DNA of 64,000 nt, from NCBI GenBank assembly GCA_041615815.1, contig JBFJCP010000008.1:32001-96000 (forward strand), given 5' to 3'. A model generated the notes under the pieces. It ran no database searches, was not told the origin of the DNA, and was given only the letters and a program-made list of their open reading frames with translations. The translations under genes were made by a program, and so were the position numbers. This document shows positions 37,874 through 48,374 of this stretch, piece after piece (within the stretch, counting starts at the first letter, position 1; every line of letters starts with the position of its first letter). This DNA is from Gemmatimonadales bacterium (GTDB lineage Bacteria > Gemmatimonadota > Gemmatimonadetes > Gemmatimonadales > GWC2-71-9).

Positions 37874-39175
37874 ATGACCGTGCGCCACCGAGTGGTGATC
37901 GTGGGAGGCGGATTCGGAGGGCTCACCGCCGCCCGGGAGTTTCGCCGGCTCCCGGTGGGCGTCACGCTCATCGACAAACGAAACGTCCATTTGTTCCAGC
38001 CACTCCTCTATCAAGTGGCCACCGGAGGGCTTTCACCGGGCGACATCGTCTCACCCCTCCGATGGGTGCTCCGAAAACAACGGAATACTCGGGTGTGGCT
38101 CGCCGACGTGGTCAGCGTGGATGCGGACCAGCACGAGCTGCGTCTCGCAGACGGCACCTCCATAGCATACGATACGCTCATCGTGGCCACGGGTGCGGGA
38201 AACCACTATTTCGGACACGATGATTGGGAGCCGCACGCCCCGAGCCTCAAGACGCTCGAGGACGCCATCGAGATCCGTCGACGTGTGCTCGAGGCGTTCG
38301 AGCGGGCCGAACGCGAGGAGGATCCGGCATCGAGGCAAGCATGGCTCACCTTCGTCGTTGTCGGTGGCGGACCCACGGGGGTCGAGCTCGCGGGCGCATT
38401 GAGTGAGCTGGCTCGCGATACGCTGCGTCACGACTTCCGGTCGATCGACCCACGGGAGGCCAGGATCGTGCTCATCGAAGCGCAGGAGCGCGTGCTCCCG
38501 GCGTTCCCTGCACCGCTCTCGACCAAGTGCCTCAAGTCGCTGACCCGACTCGGTGTCACTGCGCGCATCACCACGTTCGTGACCGCGATTGACACCCGTG
38601 GGGTGGACGTGGCGCAAGATGCGCGATCCGAGCGGATCCCCGCCCGCACCGTGCTATGGGCGGCCGGGGTCAGAGGTTCCTCGGTGGGGGCCTCGCTTGC
38701 CTCGGCCACCGGTGCACCGCTGGACAAAGCCGGGCGCGTGATCGTGCTACCGGACCTCTCCGTGCCAAACCACCCTGAGATCTTCGTGATCGGAGACCTG
38801 GCGCACGTGAGTCGGGACGGCGCGTTGCTCCCGGGCGTGGCACCGGTGGCGATGCAGCAGGGACGCTACGTGGCCGACGTCGTGGCGCGCCGGCTGCGCG
38901 GGCGCTCCATCCACCCGTTTCGCTATCGCGACCGCGGCCAACTGGCTACCATCGGGCGTGCGGCCGCGGTGGCGGACTTGGGGCGCCTGCGGTTCTCGGG
39001 ATATCCCGCCTGGCTTCTCTGGCTGTTCGTGCACCTCATGTTTCTCGTCGAGTTTCAGAACCGGGTTCTGGTGTTCATCCAGTGGGCCTGGCATTACTTC
39101 ACGCGGAACCGGGGTGCCCGCATCATTACGGAACCTCATGCGTGGCAGACGTGGCGTCTGCCGCGTGACACCTAG
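37874..39175 (+). CDS. ndh: Type II NADH:quinone oxidoreductase
   Basis: GGGFGG, FQPLLYQVATG, GGGPTGVELAG, WAAG, IGD, APVAMQQG. Confidence 0.93.
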   Translation: MTVRHRVVIVGGGFGGLTAAREFRRLPVGVTLIDKRNVHLFQPLLYQVATGGLSPGDIVSPLRWVLRKQRNTRVWLADVVSVDADQHELRLADGTSIAYDTLIVATGAGNHYFGHDDWEPHAPSLKTLEDAIEIRRRVLEAFERAEREEDPASRQAWLTFVVVGGGPTGVELAGALSELARDTLRHDFRSIDPREARIVLIEAQERVLPAFPAPLSTKCLKSLTRLGVTARITTFVTAIDTRGVDVAQDARSERIPARTVLWAAGVRGSSVGASLASATGAPLDKAGRVIVLPDLSVPNHPEIFVIGDLAHVSRDGALLPGVAPVAMQQGRYVADVVARRLRGRSIHPFRYRDRGQLATIGRAAAVADLGRLRFSGYPAWLLWLFVHLMFLVEFQNRVLVFIQWAWHYFTRNRGARIITEPHAWQTWRLPRDT

Positions 39176-39223
39176 CTGCCCGAGGCCCGTATGGTCAGGT
39201 GGCGGCCTCGACCAGGAGCAAGG

Positions 39224-39649
39224 ATGGAACCAAACGAAATCTCCGACCGTTCACGCGGGGTAGCCCTCGCCCTCTGTTCCGTGATCGGCCCGTTTGGTGG
39301 GCACCGATTCTACGTGGGGAAGGTCGGAACCGGTCTGGCCATGCTGTGTACATTCGGCGGCCTCGGCATCTGGTGGCTCTACGACATCATCACGGTGGCT
39401 GCCGGGGGGTTCCGCGACGTCGAGGGCAAGCGGGTCTGGCGGTGGGCGGAGCCCGGCTCCCTCGAGGGGACCGAGCGGCGGAACCTCACCCACGAACAAA
39501 CCGAAGCCATCTTTGCCGAGCTGGATGCCCTGCGGATGGACGTCTCCGAGCTCGCCGAACGGACGGATTTCATGGAACGCATGCTGACGAGGGAGAAGGC
39601 GGCAGGACGGATCCCGCCCGGAACTGGCGGTCGGGGACCCTACGAATGA
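39224..39649 (+). CDS. TM2-domain membrane protein
   Basis: G.FGGHRFYVGK.GTG...TFGGLGIWWLYD. Confidence 0.88.
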   Translation: MEPNEISDRSRGVALALCSVIGPFGGHRFYVGKVGTGLAMLCTFGGLGIWWLYDIITVAAGGFRDVEGKRVWRWAEPGSLEGTERRNLTHEQTEAIFAELDALRMDVSELAERTDFMERMLTREKAAGRIPPGTGGRGPYE

Positions 39650-39896
39650 CACACCCGGGGACGGAACGGGAGACAAGACGGCCTGCCACGCGGGCCGCGA
39701 CAGTGGTGCTGCTCGTTCTGTTTGTCGGATTTATGGCCCGGGAGGCCGTGGTGGGCGGGTGCGTGGTGGGGCTGAGCATTCCCTCGGGGCACGTGCCGTC
39801 ACCAGTCAGCTCACGATGACCGAACGGCCGAGGCCCGGCGAAAAGAAGGCCGGGAATAAAGGCGATGCATCACCGCCCAAACGCCTGCCCTGACGC

Positions 39897-41543
39897 TTAC
39901 ATCGGCGCGGCCTCGGTGAGTGGCAAACGCACGAAGAAGCTCGCACCCTCTCCTTCCACGCTCTCAGCCCAGACCTTGCCACCGAGAGACTCGACGATGC
40001 TCTTGGTAATGGCCAGGCCTAATCCCGCACCGCCGTGTGTGCGCGTGGTGGGAGCGGCCAGCTGCGTGAATTTCTCGAATACCCGATCCAGCTGCGAGCT
40101 CGGGATGCCAGGCCCCTCGTCCGCCACTTCGAGAACGGCGTGCGTCTCATCGGAACTGCACCGCAGCTTTACCTTGCCCGACGGCGGTGTATGTCTGATC
40201 GCATTCGACAGCAAGTTGACGACGACCTGCTCCAATCGGTCCGCTTCGCCGAGGACGATGGCTCGTTGACCGTTTGACGTCAGCGCGATGGCGACGTCGC
40301 GTTCCAAGGCGAGCCCTTCGACGGCGGTCGCTGCTCGTGAGACCACATCGGTCAAGCAGACAGGCACCACTTTGGGGACAACCTGCCCACTCCGCATCCG
40401 AGACAGGTCCAGCAGGTCATCCACGAGCCGAACGAGCCGCTCGAGGTTGCGGAGCGCCACGTCCACCAACTCGACACTTTCGGCGTTGATGCTGCCGCAC
40501 ACGCCACCCCGCAACAAATGCAAGGACGTCTTCATCGAGGTGAGGGGCGTACGCATCTCGTGGCTCACGATGGACACGAATTCGTCTTTGGCGAGATCGA
40601 GCGTGGCCTCCCGCGTGACATCACGAAGGACTATCAGATGGCCGAGCAGGTCGCCGTCCGCTCCGCGGACAGGTGTCACGGTGCGATCGTAAATCGATCT
40701 CGCCGCTGGCCCGAATTCGACCCGGTCCCTCAGCCGTCCATGTGGATTTTGGAGCGCAACTACTTGTGCCTCGATCGCCAAGCTATCGACGAGCCGCCTG
40801 CCCAGGGCGTGATGAATCGTGGTGATGGGGGTTCCCACAAGGCGATCGGGCGGCCGACCCAGGAGTTTCGCCATTTCTTGGTTCACGTACGCAGCCACGC
40901 CGTCACTGGCCAGGAGGATCGCCGCATCACTGGAGTCGATGAGAGCTTTCAGACGAGTCCGCTCAGACTCGACGGCCGCGTGTTTCTCAGCAAGCTCTTC
41001 GCGCTGGCGGTGAATCGTTGCCAACAGGTTCGAATATTGGATCGACAATTCGATCTGCCGCGCCAAAAGCGTAGCGAGATCGAGGTCGGCGTCATCGTAG
41101 CTAGCGGAAGTACCCGAACCGAAGTTGAGCGTCCCGATGATCTCGCCGTTCATGTGTAGCGGGACAACGATCACCGAAATGCTTGCTTCGCCCTCGATCC
41201 GGATATCACCAGTGCCTGAGAAACCCTCCGTTCGGATTGGACAGCCGGTCTTGATGGCTCTACCAGTCAATCCACTCTCGACAGGAAAACGTCGATCGAC
41301 TCGCACAAACCCGTTGCGCGCGGCGTCATACAGGGTGTGGAGGTAGTACTCCGAGCGATCGTCCGAGACCAAGGTGACGCTGGCCCGTCTGAATTCCAGC
41401 ACCCGTTGCAGCTTTGGGATGGCCGCGCTCACGATTTCGCCCAGGTCGTACGAGCTGTTCACGAGCGAGGCCAGCTCGACGACTACCTCGAGGCGCCGAA
41501 CTGCCGATCGGATTCCGTCCGTACCCTCGGCTGGCGCGATCAC
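39897..41543 (-). CDS. Sensor histidine kinase (GAF-PAS-HisKA-HATPase)
   Basis: SHEMRTPLT, NLLSNA, DEGPGI, GAGLGL. Confidence 0.93.
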   Translation of the reverse strand: MIAPAEGTDGIRSAVRRLEVVVELASLVNSSYDLGEIVSAAIPKLQRVLEFRRASVTLVSDDRSEYYLHTLYDAARNGFVRVDRRFPVESGLTGRAIKTGCPIRTEGFSGTGDIRIEGEASISVIVVPLHMNGEIIGTLNFGSGTSASYDDADLDLATLLARQIELSIQYSNLLATIHRQREELAEKHAAVESERTRLKALIDSSDAAILLASDGVAAYVNQEMAKLLGRPPDRLVGTPITTIHHALGRRLVDSLAIEAQVVALQNPHGRLRDRVEFGPAARSIYDRTVTPVRGADGDLLGHLIVLRDVTREATLDLAKDEFVSIVSHEMRTPLTSMKTSLHLLRGGVCGSINAESVELVDVALRNLERLVRLVDDLLDLSRMRSGQVVPKVVPVCLTDVVSRAATAVEGLALERDVAIALTSNGQRAIVLGEADRLEQVVVNLLSNAIRHTPPSGKVKLRCSSDETHAVLEVADEGPGIPSSQLDRVFEKFTQLAAPTTRTHGGAGLGLAITKSIVESLGGKVWAESVEGEGASFFVRLPLTEAAPM

Positions 41544-41902
41544 GGCGAGGCCTCAAGGGAGCCCAGATACCGCTCGCACTCCAGCTCCAGTTGCTGGAGC
41601 TCTGTTTGCGCAACGGCGATTTGGTCGTGCGTCGGGGATGTCCCCCCCACCCAACCGCGCGCCAGGTCAGTCAGCCGGTTGGCGTGACTGAGCAGGACAT
41701 CCGCCCGAAAGCACGCCGCGGCCCCTTTGAGAGAGTGAGCTTTTCTGAAGAAGTCGTGACGGTGGTAGTCATCGGGACAACGCGAGACCGCTTCCAGGTC
41801 TTCACGCAACGCCACGATCCGCGCCGCCAGACCTACCGCAAACTGACGTCGCACTGTCCCGATCCCGTCGCCGTCGCCACTACTGTTCGGGAGCATTGGC
41901 AT
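41540..41902 (-). CDS. Hpt (histidine phosphotransfer) protein
   Basis: AHSLKGAA motif. Confidence 0.75.
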   Translation of the reverse strand: MPMLPNSSGDGDGIGTVRRQFAVGLAARIVALREDLEAVSRCPDDYHRHDFFRKAHSLKGAAACFRADVLLSHANRLTDLARGWVGGTSPTHDQIAVAQTELQQLELECERYLGSLEASP

Positions 41903-42305
41903 TCTGCCCTCCACAAAGCTCGAGAATCTGCGCTGCCACCCGATCCGGATCGAAAGGCTTTGCCAACACCCCAGCGATGCCAAGCGCATGGATCCGATCC
42001 TCGTCGAGTTCTCTTCGGGCTGTGAGCAGTACAAGAGGGATGTGGGCCGTTGCTGAATCGTGTTTCAGGCGACGGCACACCTCGTAGCCATCCATTCCGG
42101 GCATCATGAGATCCACGACGACCGCGTCCGGAAGGAGAGTCTTCACCGCCTGCAGGCCACACGGCCCGTCCTCCGCGGTGGTCACCTCCCAACCGGAGGT
42201 ATACTCGAGGGTGATCTTGATGAGCGCCCGCAGATCGGGATCGTCTTCAATCAAAACGACCCGAAAGTCCGTCTCCACGGATCCCCCTGCACTCTGAGTA
42301 GCCAT
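41880..42305 (-). CDS. Single-domain response regulator
   Basis: LIEDD, DLMMPGMDG, LLTA, KPFD. Confidence 0.9.
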   Translation of the reverse strand: MATQSAGGSVETDFRVVLIEDDPDLRALIKITLEYTSGWEVTTAEDGPCGLQAVKTLLPDAVVVDLMMPGMDGYEVCRRLKHDSATAHIPLVLLTARRELDEDRIHALGIAGVLAKPFDPDRVAAQILELCGGQNANAPEQ

Positions 42306-42367
42306 GCGATCCTCAAGCTTCCGCGTAGCCTTGCCGATACTAAGTGTCGGCCATTCAGGAGGGACTC

Positions 42368-42973
42368 TTGAGCGACCATACGATCCTGTTCGTCGACGAC
42401 GACCCGGATATTTTGCGACTGCTCAGTTCGCATTTTGAGAGGCTTGGCCATCGGGTACACGCCGCGAGCACTGGCGAAGAGGGCATCGCGATGTACCGGC
42501 GTTTTGGCCCCGATGTGACGGTGCTGGACCTCGTGCTGCCAGACATGTCCGGCCTCGACGTGCTGAGGGTCCTGCGAGACGACCGCGCGATGGTCATCAT
42601 GCTGACGGGCCATGACGACGTGGCTGCAGCGGTGGAGGCCATGCGATTGGGTGCCGAGAACTTCTTGCAGAAGGGCTTCGATCTCACTCATCTGCAGATG
42701 GCCGTGGAGAAGGCGGCGGAAAAGGGCACGCTGGTGACCGTCAACAGGCGGCTCGAAGCCCGCCTGCGCCCCAGCCTGGGCCGAAGGCTCAAATCTGCCG
42801 GCATGATGGCCGTGCTCTTGGGGGCAGCGATAGGGATTGGCCACGCGATCGGGAGGAGCGAACAGGCCGATCGACCGCTTCCCAGAATGGCCGTCCCTCC
42901 CGATGACGGGGATACGGTGAAGCCGGAATCGTGGGTCCCGGGATCCGGGGCTCCTGGAGCTGCACCCAATTGA
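42368..42973 (+). CDS. Receiver-domain protein with a C-terminal TM segment
   Basis: FVDDD, DLVLP, MLTG, then hydrophobic AGMMAVLLGAAIGIG. Confidence 0.8.
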   Translation: MSDHTILFVDDDPDILRLLSSHFERLGHRVHAASTGEEGIAMYRRFGPDVTVLDLVLPDMSGLDVLRVLRDDRAMVIMLTGHDDVAAAVEAMRLGAENFLQKGFDLTHLQMAVEKAAEKGTLVTVNRRLEARLRPSLGRRLKSAGMMAVLLGAAIGIGHAIGRSEQADRPLPRMAVPPDDGDTVKPESWVPGSGAPGAAPN

Positions 42974-43134
42974 ACCGCGGCTCGATTTGGGAAGAGACGG
43001 GACCCGCGCGAGTGCGGGCTTCCCATCCGCAGCACATGTAATCCACATCACCCTGGTGACGGACTCAGGTCACCGCGTACGGGAACCGCTGGGATGTAGG
43101 TTGCTGTTTCACTACTGAAGGATCAACGCACACA

Positions 43135-44001
43135 ATGGGAAACATGACTCCACGCGTCGGGGCGCCCTGGCGGGTCGTAGACATTGCACATGGTAATCGG
43201 CGGCCGCTCATCCTCTGGTTGCTGATCGCCGTGTTCCTCGCGGTCGGTTGTGGCCAAGGATCCCTCTTGGATCCCGGTGCCGGTGACGGGAACTCCGGAC
43301 CACCGCCGCCACCGCCGGCAACCGGAGGGCAACAGCTCTTCTACGAATGTCTGTTTTCCAACGGGAGCGGGCAGTGGACGGGCAACGCGGTCGGCTGTAC
43401 GGGCTCGGTCGGCTTCAGCCACGCCGCCATGGTCAACACGCTGAGTCCGGGTGGTGGGACGTCCTGGGTCTCCGAGGGTGACGGCGTCTTCAACGTTGAC
43501 TTCCCCGGTCAGGGAGGGTGCTCGGGCGCCATGGGCGACGATGGGTTCCCCGCCTGTAACGGCATGGTGGCGGTCGTGTTCGACACGCCCATTGCCTTCC
43601 CCGTGTGGGTGCGGATCGTGGATCGCTTGAGCGCCGGGTGGGTGAGCGGCGTCGCCTACAAGTGGCAACGCTGGAACGACAACGCCAACAGCCAACCGGG
43701 GCTGGGCATTTGGGAGGACGCCGTGGGATGCGCGGGCGCGCTGTGGTTCGCCCGCAGCAACGATGGGTTGTGCTTGGGAGACGACGATTGGGAAGGACAG
43801 TGGAACGTGTGGGACATTCATTTGCTCGGCGACGCCGTCGAGGTGTTCCGCAACAACGAGTTGGTGCACACCGGCCCGGAAGACAGCGCCGCCAACCTCG
43901 CCATCTATCAATTCGGGGCCAACCTCAATCACAACCCACCCTCGCCACAGATCCGGAGCTTCGACTACCTGGCCATCAGCAGAGATCGGTTGCCACAGTA
44001 G
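43135..44001 (+). CDS. Secreted/lipoprotein hypothetical, Cys/Trp/Gly-rich beta-domain
   Basis: FLAVGC lipobox, poly-Pro linker; start uncertain. Confidence 0.7.
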   Translation: MGNMTPRVGAPWRVVDIAHGNRRPLILWLLIAVFLAVGCGQGSLLDPGAGDGNSGPPPPPPATGGQQLFYECLFSNGSGQWTGNAVGCTGSVGFSHAAMVNTLSPGGGTSWVSEGDGVFNVDFPGQGGCSGAMGDDGFPACNGMVAVVFDTPIAFPVWVRIVDRLSAGWVSGVAYKWQRWNDNANSQPGLGIWEDAVGCAGALWFARSNDGLCLGDDDWEGQWNVWDIHLLGDAVEVFRNNELVHTGPEDSAANLAIYQFGANLNHNPPSPQIRSFDYLAISRDRLPQ

Positions 44002-44135
44002 CCCCGCACCGGTCCCCGAGGGCGAACGCCCCGGCCGCGCCGGGGCGTTGGGCTCCTGGCACCGTTCCGACCGATCCCGCCTGACTGGTAATCGATTGGC
44101 TTGCAATCACTTCCACATGAATCCGTCTCCCTCGC

Positions 44136-44165
44136 TTGACTTGGGATTCCGGCCGGCACTATCAT
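44136..44165 (+). promoter_or_regulatory. Sigma70-type promoter of the proBA leader
   Basis: TTGACT-18 nt-TATCAT. Confidence 0.55.
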
Positions 44166-44171
44166 GCGCCG

Positions 44172-44352
44172 CCATGGTGTCTTCGACCCGCAGCATGCAC
44201 GCTCCTTCCGCGAGCCTCCAGCGTCACCTGAGGAGGCCTGGCCGGCTGCCCGCCACACCGGCGGAGGGGCGTCCTAGCGGGTAACGGGCACGGCGCAGTG
44301 AGCCCACGGCGGTACTGACCCGCAAGGAATGCTCCTTGCGGGCTCTTTTTTT
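44172..44352 (+). promoter_or_regulatory. Attenuator/riboswitch-like 5' leader of proBA
   Basis: Terminator with U7 tract plus a competing antiterminator CCTAGCGGGT/ACCCGCAAGG. Confidence 0.65.
44319..44352 (+). terminator. Intrinsic terminator 20 nt upstream of proB
   Basis: CCCGCAAGGA-ATGC-TCCTTGCGGG-CTCTTTTTTT. Confidence 0.85.
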
Positions 44353-44372
44353 GACGCAACGGCAGGGGAGCT

Positions 44373-45584
44373 GTGACCCAACCGTACGAGACGAATGGAC
44401 ACGCCCGATTGCGCATCGCCCGCGATGCGCGCCGCGTGGTGGTCAAGCTCGGGACAACGGTGCTCACCGAGGACGATGGCCGTGTGGCTCTCGGTCGGCT
44501 GCAATCATTCGTCGAATCCATCGTGGAGCTGTGGAATTCCGGACGGGAAGCCCTGCTGGTTTCTTCCGGTGCCATTGGCCTCGGTGCCACTCGCCTGGGC
44601 GTGCAGGGCGAGCTCCGCTCGCTGATCGTCAAGCAGGCTTGCGCCGCCGTCGGACAGGGGCGCCTGATGTCTCTGTACGCCGACGCGTTCGAGCGACGCG
44701 GGGTTGTGGCCGCGCAGCTCCTCGTCACGGCGGGAGATCTCTCGAACCGCGAGCGGTATCTCAACCTTCGTAGCACGATCGGAAAGCTCCTCGAGCTGAA
44801 CGTGGTACCGGTCATCAACGAGAACGACACCGTCTCCACCGAGGAGCTCCGACCTATCCCAGGTTCGGGCCCGCGCACTGTCAATTTTGGTGACAACGAC
44901 AAGCTGTCAGCGCTCGTGGCCGCGAAGGTCGAAGCCGATCTCCTGCTCCTGCTCACGGATGTCGATGCGCTGTACACGGGAGATCCCCGCCTCACGCCCA
45001 CGGTTCACCCCATTGCCGTCGTCGACGAAGTGACTCCCGCCATCGAGCAACTCGCTGGAGGCGCCAATGCGGGACGTGGTGGGATGCGTACGAAACTTGA
45101 GGCTGCTCGGATCGCCACGCACTCCGGTTGTGCGGTGATCGTGGCCAACGGTAAGGTCCCCGATGTGATCGAGCGCATATTCCGCGGTGAACCACTCGGC
45201 ACCCTGTTTCTCCCTCGACGTGGCTTGTCCGGCAAGCGCCGCTGGATCGCCTTCGCCACGACGGTGAGCGCGGCCCTCGTGGTGCGGGATGGCGCGCGCC
45301 GCGCGCTCGAGCAGCGCAAGGCGTCCTTGCTCCCAGTGGGCGTTGCCGAGGTGCGGGGGTCGTTTGAGCGAGGCGACGTCGTGAGTATTCTGGATGAGTC
45401 GGGGATCGAGTTCGCCCGAGGCATCGTCAATTGCTCGAGTGCCGACGCGAAGAAGATCTCGGGACTCAGGTCCGAGAACGTCCAGGAGCTCCTGGGCTAC
45501 GGCGACGAGCTCGTCACCCGTAACAACATCGCGTTTCTCAAAGAGGGGCCCCATGCACCTCGAGCGTCAGACGGCCCGCAGTAG
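44373..45584 (+). CDS. proB: Glutamate 5-kinase with PUA domain
   Basis: VVKLG, VSSGA, INENDTV, FGDNDKL, GGMRTK. Confidence 0.96.
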   Translation: MTQPYETNGHARLRIARDARRVVVKLGTTVLTEDDGRVALGRLQSFVESIVELWNSGREALLVSSGAIGLGATRLGVQGELRSLIVKQACAAVGQGRLMSLYADAFERRGVVAAQLLVTAGDLSNRERYLNLRSTIGKLLELNVVPVINENDTVSTEELRPIPGSGPRTVNFGDNDKLSALVAAKVEADLLLLLTDVDALYTGDPRLTPTVHPIAVVDEVTPAIEQLAGGANAGRGGMRTKLEAARIATHSGCAVIVANGKVPDVIERIFRGEPLGTLFLPRRGLSGKRRWIAFATTVSAALVVRDGARRALEQRKASLLPVGVAEVRGSFERGDVVSILDESGIEFARGIVNCSSADAKKISGLRSENVQELLGYGDELVTRNNIAFLKEGPHAPRASDGPQ

Positions 45585-46896
45585 CACCGTAACCGACATC
45601 GCGCGGCGAGCGAAGCTGGCCGCCGCATCACTCGCTGGTCTGCAGGCAGAAGATCGCAATCGGGCCTTGCGCGCCGTGGCACGCGCTCTCACTGAGCAAG
45701 CCGACGAAATCCTCGAGGCGAACGCGCGCGACCTCGCAGCGGCGCAGCCGCAGGTGGCATCTGGCAACATGTCCGAGGCATTGTTTCACCGCCTCGAGTT
45801 ATCCGCATCCAAGCTCGGCGGCGTGGTGACGGGTATCGAGCGTCTGGCCCAGCTCGACGATCCGATCGGTCGTATCACGTTTGGCATGGATCTCGACCAG
45901 GGCTTGCACCTCTCCCGCGTCACCTGTCCCATCGGGGTGGTGGGGGTGATCTTCGAGGCCCGTCCCGACGCCCTGCCGCAGATTGCCGCCCTTTGTCTCA
46001 AGAGCGGTAACGCCGTGTTGCTCAAAGGTGGGAGCGAAGCACGGGAATCCAATCGTGCGCTAGCACGCGCGATTGGGACTGCGGCCACCGCGGAGGGGGT
46101 GCCCGCCGACGCCTTTGCGCTGCTCGAGAGCCGCGAGGACGTGGCGGCGTTGCTGGGCGCGGAACCGTGGGTCGATCTCATCATCCCCCGCGGCTCCAGC
46201 GAGCTCGTCCGTCACATTCAGGCCAACACGGCGATCCCGGTCCTCGGCCACGCCGAGGGCGTCTGCCACGTGTATGTGGATGCGGCGGCAGACCTCGACA
46301 AGGCACTGGCGATCGTCATCGATTCCAAAGTACAGTACCCCGCTGCTTGCAACGCCGCCGAAGGCCTGCTCGTGCATCGCGCGGTCGCACCCACGTTCCT
46401 TCCCTGCGTGGTTACGGCACTTCGGCAGCATGCCGTCGAGCTGCGCTGCGACGACGTGGCGCGTGCGCTCGTCGGGCCCGCCGACGTCGTGCCGGCAACC
46501 GCGGCCGACTGGGGAACGGAATTCGGCGATCTCATACTCGCGATCCGTGTGGTGGATTCGCTCGACGAGGCTATACGGCACGTCAACACGCACGGCTCCC
46601 GACACACCGAAACCATCGTGACCCAAGACCACGCCGCATCCCAGCGCTATTTCGCCGAAGTCGACGCGGCGGGGGTGTTTCTGAATGCTTCCACCCGGTT
46701 TGCGGACGGATACCGCTACGGGTTCGGCGCGGAGGTCGGCATCAGCACGGGCAAGCTCCATCCGCGGGGGCCCGTGGGCATCGACGGGCTAGTGACGTAC
46801 AAATACCAGCTGGAGGGGGACGGACACGTCGTGGCGCAATACACTGGACCGAATGCGAAACCGTTCGTGCATGTCCGGCGGGATCTGAGGGCGTAA
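45553..46896 (+). CDS. proA: Gamma-glutamyl phosphate reductase
   Basis: [39 protein letters not shown]. Confidence 0.96.
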   Translation: MHLERQTARSSTVTDIARRAKLAAASLAGLQAEDRNRALRAVARALTEQADEILEANARDLAAAQPQVASGNMSEALFHRLELSASKLGGVVTGIERLAQLDDPIGRITFGMDLDQGLHLSRVTCPIGVVGVIFEARPDALPQIAALCLKSGNAVLLKGGSEARESNRALARAIGTAATAEGVPADAFALLESREDVAALLGAEPWVDLIIPRGSSELVRHIQANTAIPVLGHAEGVCHVYVDAAADLDKALAIVIDSKVQYPAACNAAEGLLVHRAVAPTFLPCVVTALRQHAVELRCDDVARALVGPADVVPATAADWGTEFGDLILAIRVVDSLDEAIRHVNTHGSRHTETIVTQDHAASQRYFAEVDAAGVFLNASTRFADGYRYGFGAEVGISTGKLHPRGPVGIDGLVTYKYQLEGDGHVVAQYTGPNAKPFVHVRRDLRA

Positions 46897-46961
46897 CGAG
46901 CCCGCGTACGTCCTTCTGGCTCGAGCAGTGGCAAGCAGGGCGTTCGGCCAGCGAGCTCGAA

Positions 46962-47034
<73 letters not shown>

Positions 47035-47076
47035 CGGGCGGAGAATTATAATCGCCTCGTCCGCACCCCGCTCCCC

Positions 47077-47547
47077 CTAACCCGATTCCACGTCGTCGTC
47101 ATCGTACGGCGGTAGCTCGGTGGCGTCCGGGTAGCGCTCCCGCACTCGCTCGATTACCTCTCGGGCCCGCTCCGGGTCTTTTTTGACGGTTCGGTAGATC
47201 TCCTCCAACCGGATGGCGGCATTGATCTCGACTTGTCGCGAGGCTCGGTGATCCAGATGGCTCTCGAGCAGTCGGATCGTGTCGTCCAGACTTGGCCGGA
47301 TGTTGGGTGGCGGTCCGTCACCGGCACCCGAGACGAAGATATGCGCCGCCCACTCGCCAAAGGGCTCGAGCACGTGCTCCACGAGAAGATCCCAACTCAA
47401 CCATAAGATCCCGAACACGCCGGCGGCGACGAACCACCGGGTGTCCTCGCGAAAGACGAGACCACTCAAACCGGAGAAGATGGTCGCGGCGCCGAACACG
47501 ATTCGGAGCACGCGGCTGACGCTGATCGGCGATTCGTTCTTGCGCAT
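47077..47547 (-). CDS. Hypothetical membrane protein
   Basis: Two N-terminal TM segments and a TPR-like helical C-terminus. Confidence 0.65.
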   Translation of the reverse strand: MRKNESPISVSRVLRIVFGAATIFSGLSGLVFREDTRWFVAAGVFGILWLSWDLLVEHVLEPFGEWAAHIFVSGAGDGPPPNIRPSLDDTIRLLESHLDHRASRQVEINAAIRLEEIYRTVKKDPERAREVIERVRERYPDATELPPYDDDDVESG

Positions 47548-47636
47548 CCGTTCAGTGGAAAGATGGGCCCCCGGGAAGCACGAAGCCATGGGGAGACGAG
47601 GTGCGACGAGCGGTGGCCCGGAGTACTATTGACCCG

Positions 47637-48374
47637 ATGATGGAAGCGGCCCCGCTCGCGGGACGACGCATCGTAGTGACCCGGCCCGAGGGAGATGCCC
47701 AACATCTGGCAGCCCGCCTCCGCGCCCTGGGTGCCACGCCGATCGTCGTTCCTGCAATCCGGATCGAGTTTACCGACCCCCCGGAGCTCCGGGAGGCACT
47801 CGGTCGGCTCGCGGCCTACGACTGGATCGTCTTCACGAGCCGAAACGGCGTGAACGCCGTATTCCGGCTCGTGCGGAGCCTCGAGGGACCCCGGGTGGCC
47901 GCCATTGGTCCGGTCACCGCAGCGGCCCTCAGGGAACGGGGCGCGTCGCCCGATGTGGTACCAGGAGAATTCGTCGCAGAGGCCGTAGCTGCCGCGCTGG
48001 GCGACGTGCGCGGGGAGCATATCTTGCTGCCGCGCGCCGACCTGGCCCGTCCCACGCTCGCCCAGCTGTTGCGCGAGGGCGGGGCAACCGTGGACGCGGT
48101 TACCGCCTACCACACCCACGACGCCAGCTCCGAGCGTCCCGACCTGAGCAACGTGGACGCCGTGACGTTCACCAGCTCGTCCACCGTCAGGGGATTCTTG
48201 ACCGGAGGTCCCCTACCCCTCGGTGCCAAAGTCGTCTGCATCGGGCCCGTCACCGCTGATACCGCGCGGGAATTGGGACTCGCGGTCCACCATGTCGCCG
48301 AACGCTACACCGAAGACGGACTCGTCACGGCGCTCGTGCACGCATTCGCTCCGAGCCCCGAGGCCCTGCCGTGA
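47637..48374 (+). CDS. hemD: Uroporphyrinogen-III synthase
   Basis: IVVTRP, FTSRNGV, IGPVTA, FTSSSTV. Confidence 0.93.
   Translation: MMEAAPLAGRRIVVTRPEGDAQHLAARLRALGATPIVVPAIRIEFTDPPELREALGRLAAYDWIVFTSRNGVNAVFRLVRSLEGPRVAAIGPVTAAALRERGASPDVVPGEFVAEAVAAALGDVRGEHILLPRADLARPTLAQLLREGGATVDAVTAYHTHDASSERPDLSNVDAVTFTSSSTVRGFLTGGPLPLGAKVVCIGPVTADTARELGLAVHHVAERYTEDGLVTALVHAFAPSPEALP

Noticed and set aside
39646..39819. Small membrane protein downstream of the TM2 gene
   Set aside because: One hydrophobic stretch only, with no recognisable motif; insufficient support
39650..46961. Genomic island integrated at tRNA-Phe
   Set aside because: No integrase and no duplicated tRNA 3' end seen by eye
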